Origin: a virus
Lineage: Duplodnaviria; Caudoviricetes
Virus record (IMG/VR): IMGVR_UViG_3300032224_001432
Location: 1 to 56,753 of that record
Reading direction: 5' to 3' (one strand)
DNA: 56,753 nt
Shown here in pieces: positions 37,639-46,010 of the stretch. The translations under genes and the position numbers were made by a program. Under the pieces are notes generated by a model. It saw only the letters and a list, made by a program, of their open reading frames with translations. It was not told the DNA's origin and did not search any database. Positions within the stretch are counted from its first letter, which is position 1; each line of letters starts with the position of its first letter.

Positions 37639-39081
37639 CTACTCAGTTTCATCATTAGGGTCCTTGGCCAGTTCTTCTTCAACCTTGGTGACAACTCTAG
37701 AGCGCATGGTTAATGCTCTGGAGTTTAGTGTCACACCGCTGTTGAGAGTTCCGAGTATTTGTGTGGGTAGAGGCGAGGATTTATCTTCCTTGTCGGACTG
37801 GTCGTCGCCTATCTCCCACAAGTGTGGGCCACATTCCTCGAAGTTCTCACACGCCAAGGCGTTTATAGAAAAGCCGTCGCCCATGGCCTCACGAGCTACT
37901 GCGTAGTGCAGCGACAGCTCTCGCTTGCGCTTGTTTATGACCAAGCGTATACCCAAGTCGCAGTCAGCCACTGCTAGCTTGTTGAACGCAAGACTAGCAG
38001 TGCCGCGAGAGCTACCTTTGAACTTTAGTGCCTGGGTCTCGTTCTCTTGCATAATAGTGAGTACCGCCACACCAGTATCCTTAGATATCTGCTTTAGCGC
38101 TCTCATCACAGCCGTAAGATTTTTCCAGTCCATAGCGTTACCGTTTGTGTTCGGCATCTCTAGCATGTAGCTAGAGTCCAACATCACGAAGTGCGGTTTG
38201 TACGCCTGTATCTTCTTACGTATTTCGTTAGGGCCACCAGGACTGCCATCTAGTCTGTCGGCCTGTGTAAAGTGCAATCTACCTGTGTGCTCGTCTGAAG
38301 ACAGGCGCTCCACTATAGAGAATAGAGTGTTCCTCTCCTCTTCGCTTAGCGTGCCATTCTTGAAGCTGGTGTAGTTTATTTTGCCTAATACACAGGCCAG
38401 GCGATTACGTGTTATGTCCCACGTCATCTCCTTAGAGTAGACAAGCACGCGATAGCCGAGCACGTAAAGATGCGCAGATATCACCAGACCCATCCACGTC
38501 TTCATAGACTTGGGCAACGCCCAGAACATCAGCAAGTCACCCTTCTGGATGCCCTGTGTGTCCTTGTTCAGCGTAGGCCACGGCCACGGCATGCCTGTCA
38601 GACCCTCGTTCTCGTCCTGCTTCTCTACGAAGTTTATGATCTCTGCTAGAGCGTCGGACTTGAAGTCTCGGTCTGAAGAGGACGTGTAGTGCTCCTGTAG
38701 AACAGATATACCAGTAGACAGTTCTGCGATAGCGTGTTCTACGTTCTCTCTGGCATTGAGGTTGAATGAGTCTATTAGCTTATCTGTCTTTCTACGCAGG
38801 TGGCCGTCACGAACTTTACAGCACAGGTCTCTGAAGTTCTCTAGTGGTGTGGGCAAATCCAGAGCTGGAAATATCTCCTTCAGAGTAGCCTCTGATGGAA
38901 TATACCCAGGGTTTTCCGGTCTATTGAAGTACGCCTCTACGCGAGCCCAAACGGTCTTGGCCTCGTCACCACCGAACATCTCAAAACGCAATCCGAACTT
39001 CAGAGCTTCCTCGTATAACTTAGGAGGATTCTCGCTACGTATTACCGCTGATATTAATTGTAACTCCCATGAGGCAGCCAT
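37639..39081 (-). CDS. dnaB: DnaB-like replicative helicase
   Basis: TGMPWPWPTLNKDTQGIQKGDL, variant Walker A ALPKSMKT, YSKEM, VMLDS, LKQISK; start at MAASWEL. Confidence 0.85.
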   Translation of the reverse strand: MAASWELQLISAVIRSENPPKLYEEALKFGLRFEMFGGDEAKTVWARVEAYFNRPENPGYIPSEATLKEIFPALDLPTPLENFRDLCCKVRDGHLRRKTDKLIDSFNLNARENVEHAIAELSTGISVLQEHYTSSSDRDFKSDALAEIINFVEKQDENEGLTGMPWPWPTLNKDTQGIQKGDLLMFWALPKSMKTWMGLVISAHLYVLGYRVLVYSKEMTWDITRNRLACVLGKINYTSFKNGTLSEEERNTLFSIVERLSSDEHTGRLHFTQADRLDGSPGGPNEIRKKIQAYKPHFVMLDSSYMLEMPNTNGNAMDWKNLTAVMRALKQISKDTGVAVLTIMQENETQALKFKGSSRGTASLAFNKLAVADCDLGIRLVINKRKRELSLHYAVAREAMGDGFSINALACENFEECGPHLWEIGDDQSDKEDKSSPLPTQILGTLNSGVTLNSRALTMRSRVVTKVEEELAKDPNDETE

Positions 39082-39082
39082 T

Positions 39083-39355
39083 TTACACCCCTTCAAATAG
39101 AGGTTGTGGCTTATCGTCTTCTGCCTGATCTTCGCCAGAAGCGGCGTCACCTAGACTTACTGAGAACTGCTTCTCTATCGCAGTAATAAGCGCAGTTAGC
39201 GCCTTAGCCACTGCCTTATCAGGCGCCACCATCAGCGGGAAAGTACCTACCAGCGCTCCGTCTACGTCCAGCGCTGCCTCTGCAATTAGCACTCCATTTT
39301 CGTATTTTATGGTTGATACATTAAGTCCGTTTATCTTGCACTTGGTTAGCTTCAT
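39083..39355 (-). CDS. Hypothetical protein
   Basis: In-operon ORF with GGAG RBS. Confidence 0.55.
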   Translation of the reverse strand: MKLTKCKINGLNVSTIKYENGVLIAEAALDVDGALVGTFPLMVAPDKAVAKALTALITAIEKQFSVSLGDAASGEDQAEDDKPQPLFEGV

Positions 39356-39776
39356 CGTGCTCCGGATCGCTGAAATATACGGGGTAGAGCCGCTGGATTC
39401 CCAGCACGTGCTCTGCGAGGGCGGACTCTAGCCCCTTGTAGGCACCTTGCCAAGCCAGTTGCATCGCGAGGTCTTGTGCGCAGGTTATTTTTTCTATATT
39501 TGCCACACAGGGCAAACTCACAAAACTGTGTACTTCCACAGAGTAAGGGATCTTGTCCCAAGTGCCTGGACCCCAATGTACAGCCTCAGACACCTTGACG
39601 CTCACGCTCTGCGACACATTTGCCGCAGGTTCTCCTTCAGCAGGGTGTAGCTCCTCTACAGGGTCTAGTTCTTTCTCCACCGACTCGCTCTTGCCTGGAC
39701 CTTGAAGGTCCAACTTAGCCGTAGGGTGAGTATGCGTGCTATTGGTTATCAACTTGCGCTTTCCTGGCTTTATCAT
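39321..39776 (-). CDS. Hypothetical protein
   Basis: ATGA-coupled in-operon ORF. Confidence 0.55.
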   Translation of the reverse strand: MIKPGKRKLITNSTHTHPTAKLDLQGPGKSESVEKELDPVEELHPAEGEPAANVSQSVSVKVSEAVHWGPGTWDKIPYSVEVHSFVSLPCVANIEKITCAQDLAMQLAWQGAYKGLESALAEHVLGIQRLYPVYFSDPEHDEANQVQDKRT

Positions 39777-40276
39777 TTACCACTCCGCTTAAATGCCAAC
39801 TCCAGCTTGGGCGGCGTCTTAATTGGCGCCGAGCTAAGTTTGTCTACACGTGCCGGTAGGACATCGGCTTCGCTAATCTGACCACTCTTTAGTAAGGCGT
39901 CGATCATGTCCTTGTTGACCTCTACCTTCGTAATCAGCACGCCAGGCATTTGCTTAACTGCCTCGGGTAGCTGGTCTGCCTTATAACTGACTGTCTTTGC
40001 CGGAGTACCGCGTGTGAACTCTGTGCCTAGTCCGTCAGGTAGATGAACCAAGTTCTTCATCAGAGTCTCTACGTCTGCCAGCAGTTTGTTGTACATCTCG
40101 AAGCGTTCCATCAACGGCTGTACTACTTCAGCGTTGTCTGCCATGTAGCCAAGCAGTTCGTCTCGTAGTTGATTGAACTCTTCTACCTTCTGCACAAGCG
40201 GGTGCTTGGCGGGCGTAGCCACAACGGCGGCTGTTTCTACTGCTGTTTCTTTTCGCTTGAGGATGATACGTGCCAT
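39773..40276 (-). CDS. Hypothetical protein, weak Gam/Gp157-like architecture
   Basis: N-terminal helices, then KVEVNKDMIDALLKSGQI. Confidence 0.4.
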   Translation of the reverse strand: MARIILKRKETAVETAAVVATPAKHPLVQKVEEFNQLRDELLGYMADNAEVVQPLMERFEMYNKLLADVETLMKNLVHLPDGLGTEFTRGTPAKTVSYKADQLPEAVKQMPGVLITKVEVNKDMIDALLKSGQISEADVLPARVDKLSSAPIKTPPKLELAFKRSGK

Positions 40277-40935
40277 TTCATGCTCTCCATAAAGTCAGAG
40301 ATTTCAATTGCTTTGTGTATTGCTTGTGCGGTCTTGTGCCACGTACCGCCTTCATTAGTGTCTGGCACCGTCAGAAGCGCGTGTAGTGAGTAGGTCAACA
40401 CTACAGGTATCGGATACTGGATATAATCACCCTGTACCCTGCCTTCGTGTATTTCATTTAAGTTGTAGTGGATGGACGGCGTGTTTTTCTTTATCAGTGC
40501 TCTGGCGGCAGGTTGGCCAAGCGCTACGACAATGCGTGGTTCTATTACGTGTATCTCTTCCGCTATCCGTAATGAGCACGCATCTATCTCCTTGTTCTTG
40601 GGGAGAGGTACGTGCTCTATAGGCATCAGAGTATTAGTCGGAATAATAGCCGTTGGACAGGCTACTAACGGCGTGAACCAGAAATCGTCGTAACTTCTAC
40701 CAATGTAGTTGAACAGCACCTGTATTACTTCTAGATACTTGGTGTCCTTTAAGAAGTCCCCACTACTAGCCTCTATAGGACTTTGTCTATCAAATATGAA
40801 TACTATCTTAGCGTCTGGGTTACCGTAACCCTGAAGACTGGTGCGCCGTTTCTCATGTAATGGACATTCAGTACACTTTTTATACTTGGCTTGTATCTCA
40901 TTTAATTTTCGTCGTTTTAAACTTACGGCCTTCAT
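40237..40935 (-). CDS. Family 4 uracil-DNA glycosylase-like protein, catalytic motifs degenerate
   Basis: CTECPL, GYGNPDAKIVFI, VACP, EIDAC...EEIHVIEPRIVVALG retained; GEAPG replaced by FDRQS, TYHP by TYSL. Confidence 0.8.
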   Translation of the reverse strand: MKAVSLKRRKLNEIQAKYKKCTECPLHEKRRTSLQGYGNPDAKIVFIFDRQSPIEASSGDFLKDTKYLEVIQVLFNYIGRSYDDFWFTPLVACPTAIIPTNTLMPIEHVPLPKNKEIDACSLRIAEEIHVIEPRIVVALGQPAARALIKKNTPSIHYNLNEIHEGRVQGDYIQYPIPVVLTYSLHALLTVPDTNEGGTWHKTAQAIHKAIEISDFMESMKWHVSSSSEKKQQ

Positions 40936-42274
40936 TCTTTAGGCTCCTCTTAAGACTGGCGCATAAGGCCTTGGATACCGTAATGTTTACATCTTCGTAT
41001 ACCACAACAATGGGTGGTTTTTTCGTGTGATAATTACGCTCTACACGACCTCGGCATTGCTGAAATGCCCCTGGGTCTTTGAATGGCGTCACTAGGAATA
41101 ACGTATCTAATGCCGGGACATCTAACCCTTCTTTAGCTAAAGAAAAGGTAGCAACTGTTACATCCGACTCCTCTATTATTGGTAGTCGTTTGTCGTGCTT
41201 TATTCCGCCATGCACCATTCCAACTTTTTTTCTTGGTAACTCTCTAGCTAACTCAGAACTCAAACTCTCTACATGTGCCACGCTATGCGATAAAACTAGT
41301 ACTTTTCTACCAGCCGCAAGCGCTCCCTTGATATCCGCTTTTATTGTTTTATTACGAGAGTTATCCGTGGCGAGTATGTCATAAAGCTTACTAATGATCA
41401 ACTCCCCTCTTTTCGTTATCTCTCTATCATCAACACTTCTGGTAGGCATGTACTTAAAGTACACCTCGGCGTTTATCTCAGAGCTTTTGTCCGAGTAGAA
41501 GACGCCGCCTATGTGAGCGTAATAAACTTCTTCTAGTCCGTCACTTCTATCTGTCGTGGCGGTGAGACCAAACCTAGCTCCATAGAACAGGTCCGCCACG
41601 CTAACAAAAGTACGCGCACTCATATGGTGGCACTCATCGAAAACTACCGTGCCAAAACGCATACGCACATCCATTGGTATGCTGTCTATGCGAGAGGTAA
41701 CTGTTTGTAGCATGGCGATAACAAGTGGCTTATCCCATTGCTGCTTCTCGGCCTTTACCACGCCTATCTCATCGTCAGTCATTCCTAAAAAGGTCTTTGC
41801 TCTATCCGCCCACTGTTCCATCAGCGCGCCATTGCTTACTAGCACTACCGCTGGATACCCTCGTTGAGCAACCTTCTTCAGACCTAGTACGGTCTTACCG
41901 CCACCACAAGCGATACTCAAAATACCATTGTCTGCTTTCTCAAATGCAGCCCAAGCGTCTTCTTGCTTTTTATCTCTGGGAGTTATCTCTTTCCTAAACT
42001 TAACATTCTCCCAGGTAATATTCTTCGTAATATCGGTGTAGCCAGTTTCAGGTACTGACTGCAGTCGCGTCATATGTCTGGGCAGACGTATATGATTTTT
42101 TTCTACTGTCGCTAGATGAATAACTAGGTCGATATTTCTAGAGTATCCTGTCACGCAGGCAGCGCGTAAAAGCGCTTCTTTGTTAGAAACACTCTCGATG
42201 GGCACCCATTTAGAGGCAGAAATAACAGCTTGTCCCTTAAATGAGACGCCGCCGTCTTGCTCTGGTACTTGCAT
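40898..42274 (-). CDS. SF2 DExH helicase (UvsW/XPB/ResIII-like)
   Basis: ACGGGKT, FDECHH, LTAT, EGLDVP, QCRGRVER; start at MQVPEQ after AAGGAG. Confidence 0.9.
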   Translation of the reverse strand: MQVPEQDGGVSFKGQAVISASKWVPIESVSNKEALLRAACVTGYSRNIDLVIHLATVEKNHIRLPRHMTRLQSVPETGYTDITKNITWENVKFRKEITPRDKKQEDAWAAFEKADNGILSIACGGGKTVLGLKKVAQRGYPAVVLVSNGALMEQWADRAKTFLGMTDDEIGVVKAEKQQWDKPLVIAMLQTVTSRIDSIPMDVRMRFGTVVFDECHHMSARTFVSVADLFYGARFGLTATTDRSDGLEEVYYAHIGGVFYSDKSSEINAEVYFKYMPTRSVDDREITKRGELIISKLYDILATDNSRNKTIKADIKGALAAGRKVLVLSHSVAHVESLSSELARELPRKKVGMVHGGIKHDKRLPIIEESDVTVATFSLAKEGLDVPALDTLFLVTPFKDPGAFQQCRGRVERNYHTKKPPIVVVYEDVNITVSKALCASLKRSLKNEGRKFKTTKIK

Positions 42275-42293
42275 TTTTGTCTCCTTCATGGGC

Positions 42294-42323
42294 ATTATAC
42301 CAAGTAAGCGTACGTTCTTGCGA
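42294..42323 (-). promoter_or_regulatory. Candidate promoter of the replication operon: extended -10 TGGTATAAT with upstream CGCAA
   Basis: Minus strand tcGCAA gaacgtacgcttact TGGTATAAT gcccatg AAGGAG acaaaa ATG. Confidence 0.65.
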
Positions 42324-42334
42324 TGAGGAAACCG

Positions 42335-43333
42335 ATGGGAAGCAAACTTACCACTCCCCCGATTCTCGACCACTATGACGATCATGGGGCAGCGTTTCTA
42401 CGCGACCTAGGTTCCCTTCCTGTCCCAGACTTTGTCAAGACAGCTGCAGATATGACTAGTGCCCAAAAGCACGAAGCAGACTTTGCACTAGTTGCCGACA
42501 CAGTCAACGGACGTGAGTATAAGTTCCCTGTAGTAGACAAGGGGAATACCTTCCTGTCCGCAATGTACTTTGAGAAGACGGCACACGCTCTACCAGACGA
42601 CCTACGCAAGCAGGCGGCCACGGTGTTGGCAGACGCTCTTAAAGACTACGGCTTTGCCGTACCGTCGTACATAACCGACGCCGTGTTGTCTGAAAAGACC
42701 GCTTCTGCTCCCATGCTGGCAATAGAGGTAGAGTACGCTAATAAGAAGAATGTTAATCCAGCGCAAGAGCTGGTTGACGAGTTTGCCCAGATACACCCAA
42801 TGGCTCGTCCTGAAGCAGCGAGAATGCTGAAGCAGGCTGGCGTGGTTCTACCAGAGGCCATAGCTTGCTACGCACGTGACGCAGTCGGCTCGGACTTTGA
42901 GGCGTCGATCATAGCACGCGCACGCTTTATGCTGCCCGAAGAGGCAGAGAGCATCAAAGATCTAGTGAAAGTAGCTCACCAAGTGTCTGTAGATGAACTG
43001 GCGAGCGAACTGTATGAAATCGACCAGGAGTTTGGTCTTACCAGATTCTACGATACCAAGTTGGCCGACCCGTACCGTTCAATACTAGGAACTGAGCTGC
43101 AGAGCGTAAGAGAGAAGACCGCCAAAGCTACATCGATTACCATCGATGATAAAGTTTTCACTGAAGATGCAATCAGAGATCGCGCAGCGAAGTTTGGCGA
43201 TAAGATTGACGATCTGTTTGGCGATATGGTCTCAACTCAATTAGTGGTTGCTCCTATAGAAGTTCTTGGTAGCCTACCGGTACCTCATCAGCAGGCGCTA
43301 GCGAGGATACTAGATGGCTCAGCTACCGAGTAA
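42335..43333 (+). CDS. Head-associated protein candidate with seven K-x-A motifs
   Basis: VKTAA, EKTAH, RKQAA, EKTAS, LKQAG, VKVAH, EKTAK; first gene of the portal operon; GAGG RBS. Confidence 0.5.
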   Translation: MGSKLTTPPILDHYDDHGAAFLRDLGSLPVPDFVKTAADMTSAQKHEADFALVADTVNGREYKFPVVDKGNTFLSAMYFEKTAHALPDDLRKQAATVLADALKDYGFAVPSYITDAVLSEKTASAPMLAIEVEYANKKNVNPAQELVDEFAQIHPMARPEAARMLKQAGVVLPEAIACYARDAVGSDFEASIIARARFMLPEEAESIKDLVKVAHQVSVDELASELYEIDQEFGLTRFYDTKLADPYRSILGTELQSVREKTAKATSITIDDKVFTEDAIRDRAAKFGDKIDDLFGDMVSTQLVVAPIEVLGSLPVPHQQALARILDGSATE

Positions 43334-43964
43334 GACTAACGCGTTATATAGAAAGCAGCTTTTTGCTAACATAAACGCCCACCCAATAGCTCTGAACCTC
43401 TGCATGCTGCAGGAGTTCGGCCCAGTTTATTTAAACTGGGAACCTGAGACTTGTTGGGACGAGGTCAAGTTGTCTTTTGGCGTTATGCTTGCGGAAGCTA
43501 ATCGCCAAAAGATACAGGCTGTCCGAAGCATATATGTATCGGATGAACCACTCTCGTCTTGGGAAGTTTTTGAGGCAGTAGCCGCTGGTCTAGTAGGAGT
43601 GTCCCCACGAGTTGACACCATCCAGCGCCCAACGCCGGGTAGAGCGCATGTTGCTCTAGATATTATTAATTATATTCGTCCTGAAGAAGTTAAGGATGAA
43701 GTCTACAGATACTGCGCTGCCGCTTTGATGGACTCAGGCATTATTTATGGGCCAGGCTCACTAGAGCCCAGCAATAAGTATGTCCCCGCTAATGAAACAG
43801 AACGCGCTCAAGTAAAGAACCTAGTAGCCCGAGGGTCGCTACCAGCAAGCTTTAGTGGTAACGACGTAACGTATGTTCAGGCGATGAAATCTCTCGCCGT
43901 CAAAGATTTTGCAAACTCGACCGCTCAGCAGTTAGCCGAGCAAATCAGAAAACTATCTGAGTAG
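43314..43964 (+). CDS. Hypothetical protein upstream of portal
   Basis: GAGGA RBS; in-operon. Confidence 0.55.
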   Translation: MAQLPSKTNALYRKQLFANINAHPIALNLCMLQEFGPVYLNWEPETCWDEVKLSFGVMLAEANRQKIQAVRSIYVSDEPLSSWEVFEAVAAGLVGVSPRVDTIQRPTPGRAHVALDIINYIRPEEVKDEVYRYCAAALMDSGIIYGPGSLEPSNKYVPANETERAQVKNLVARGSLPASFSGNDVTYVQAMKSLAVKDFANSTAQQLAEQIRKLSE

Positions 43965-43972
43965 AGGCTTAC

Positions 43973-45799
43973 ATGGCTGAGACACAGTCGATTACAACTA
44001 CACTATCTAGAGCTAAGACTGTCGGTAGACCGGAGAACTACTATCCGTCCCCGTTCTTTGATCTTGCGCAGACTTATATGCCTGCGAACATCAAAGACAC
44101 CTTTGAGTGGTGTGCCTACTATTACCAAACCAATCCGATAATAAACGGCGTAGTAACAAAGTTATCCTCGTACGCCATAACAGATCTTTTGTATGGTGAC
44201 CCCGTCGAGTCCTCCACTTTTAAGAAGTTATTCGAGGGACCTCTCAATCTAAGAACTTTCTTAGTGGAATTTGGCCTTGACCGTAACTGCTTTGGCAATG
44301 CCTTTGCTTCAGTAGTGTTTCCGTTCAAAAAGATCCTAGGATGCCGCAGCTGCGGAAAACTCATAGAGGCTACGAAGGCTGACTACACGTTCAGATCTGG
44401 TAAGTTCATCCTCAAGTGCGCTAACTGCAAGTTTGAGGGAGAGGCTAGGGCTAAAGATGAGACTATACCCGCGGCCAACCAGATAAGGTTAAAGCGTTGG
44501 TCCCCTAGACAAATCACTATACGCACCAACGAGAGCACCGGCGAATGCCGTTATTTTTATTCTCTATCTCGATCAGCACGTAACGAGATATTACTAGGTA
44601 ATAGAAAGACGCTTGAGTCTACGCCACAAGCGTTCATCGATGCCGTCCACGGAAACAAGCTGATTGAGCTAGATCCTACCAAGTTGTTCCATTCACGTAG
44701 ACCTAGTATCTCACGTGATATTACGGACGCTGGCTGGGGCACTCCCCTCATTCTTCCAGTACTAAAAGACATCTTCCTTCTACAAGTTCTTAAGAAGTCC
44801 CAGGAAGTTGTCGCTATGGAGTACATCCTGCCTTTCCGCAGTTTGTATCCAGAAGTTCGTGCCGACGGTAATAACGTCTATGGTCAGGTAAATCTGACCG
44901 CATGGCAAAACAGCGTGAAGCGCGAAATTACCCAGTGGAAGAAAGACCCTGGGCACATCGCCGTATTCCCTGTACCGATAGGACAACAAGTTATGGGCGG
45001 ACAAGGCCGCTCAATGCTTCTGCACCAAGAAGTGCGTGTCTACAGCGATCAAATAATCGCCGGCATGGGCGTACCTACCGGTTTCTACTACGGTGAGGCT
45101 CTATACTCTGGCGCTAGCGTAAACCTACGCGCTATGGAAAATGAGTTCCTAGCGTACCGTCAAGATATGCAGCACCTAGTAGAGTTCTTCGTTAAGAGTA
45201 TCGCGTATGGCCTGAGCATCCAGCCGATAGACGTCAAGTTCCGCGAGTTTAAGATGGCGGACGACCTAGCGCGTGCTGGTATGGAATTCAACATGGCCAA
45301 CGCTGGACGCCTAAGCTGGCGTACGTTCCTAAGCTCACGTGGTTTCGACTACGACCACGAGAACAAGCTAATCATAAAAGAGCTTTCGGACGCAGCGGAG
45401 AAAAACAAGATCAATGCTAAGGCGCAAGCAGCTGTTCAAGCCATGATGGGTCAGGAGCAGGCTAAATCGCAAAGCGCTACACAGCGGCTAATGGCAAGAC
45501 TACAGGGAGCGGCTCCACAAGCAGCCCCTCCTCCGGGTCAGCCAGGACAGCCACCCGAAGCAGGACCTCCACAGCAGGGAGCAACGCAATCTCCACAGCA
45601 GGAGGCTTCTGGCATAGCGCAGCAACTGGCCCAGATGCCAGAAGTACAGCGCTACCAGACTTTAGCCAGAATGCGACAAGAGAATCCTGATCTGTACCAG
45701 ATGGTAAACACGATGTTGCAGGGTGGCGGTCCACAACCCGGGCAGCAGCTGCCGGAGCAGCTGCCACCTCGGGCCGAAGGATTTAATCGTCAGCTATAA
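43973..45799 (+). CDS. Portal protein with inserted Zn ribbon and Gln/Pro-rich tail
   Basis: YYQTNPIINGVVTKL, DRNCFGNAF, WGTPLI, IIAGMGVP...SGASVNL portal-type motifs. Confidence 0.75.
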   Translation: MAETQSITTTLSRAKTVGRPENYYPSPFFDLAQTYMPANIKDTFEWCAYYYQTNPIINGVVTKLSSYAITDLLYGDPVESSTFKKLFEGPLNLRTFLVEFGLDRNCFGNAFASVVFPFKKILGCRSCGKLIEATKADYTFRSGKFILKCANCKFEGEARAKDETIPAANQIRLKRWSPRQITIRTNESTGECRYFYSLSRSARNEILLGNRKTLESTPQAFIDAVHGNKLIELDPTKLFHSRRPSISRDITDAGWGTPLILPVLKDIFLLQVLKKSQEVVAMEYILPFRSLYPEVRADGNNVYGQVNLTAWQNSVKREITQWKKDPGHIAVFPVPIGQQVMGGQGRSMLLHQEVRVYSDQIIAGMGVPTGFYYGEALYSGASVNLRAMENEFLAYRQDMQHLVEFFVKSIAYGLSIQPIDVKFREFKMADDLARAGMEFNMANAGRLSWRTFLSSRGFDYDHENKLIIKELSDAAEKNKINAKAQAAVQAMMGQEQAKSQSATQRLMARLQGAAPQAAPPPGQPGQPPEAGPPQQGATQSPQQEASGIAQQLAQMPEVQRYQTLARMRQENPDLYQMVNTMLQGGGPQPGQQLPEQLPPRAEGFNRQL

Positions 45800-45924
45800 A
45801 ACGTTCGATGGAGAGCATGATCGATATCGTACCAGTCTCCGTCGAAATCCCCGTCAGGCATCACTTGTGCCCGCCGATGCCCGCCGATGCCATTCTCGAC
45901 ATCGTCATCAAACTGTGTGAACAT
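45790..45924 (-). CDS. Unannotated 44-aa acidic peptide containing DGDFDGD
   Basis: MFTQFDDDVENGIGGHRRAQVMPDGDFDGDWYDIDHALHRTFYS; GAGG RBS 8 nt upstream; preceded by the CTGCAA-N20-ATAAG motif. Confidence 0.5.
   Translation of the reverse strand: MFTQFDDDVENGIGGHRRAQVMPDGDFDGDWYDIDHALHRTFYS
45868..45891. repeat. 10-bp tandem repeat (TGCCCGCCGA x2.4)
   Basis: tgcccgccga tgcccgccga tgcc read directly. Confidence 0.85.
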
Positions 45925-45967
45925 TTCTTTTTCCTCAATAACTCGATAATAGCTACCGAGCACTATT

Positions 45968-45998
45968 CTTATTACAAATAATAGGTGCGTACTTGCAG
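45968..45998 (-). promoter_or_regulatory. Candidate phage promoter CTGCAA-N20-ATAAG, divergent from the RNAP gene
   Basis: Minus strand CTGCAA gtacgcacctattatttgta ATAAG. Confidence 0.55.
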
Positions 45999-46010
45999 TA
46001 GGAGTTAAAA

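Noticed and set aside
35374-42385. Longest-ORF starts for polymerase (35424), SSB (36669), DnaB (39150) and SF2 helicase (42385)
   Set aside because: They run through hairpins, promoters or neighbouring genes; downstream ATGs fit RBS position and gene packing better
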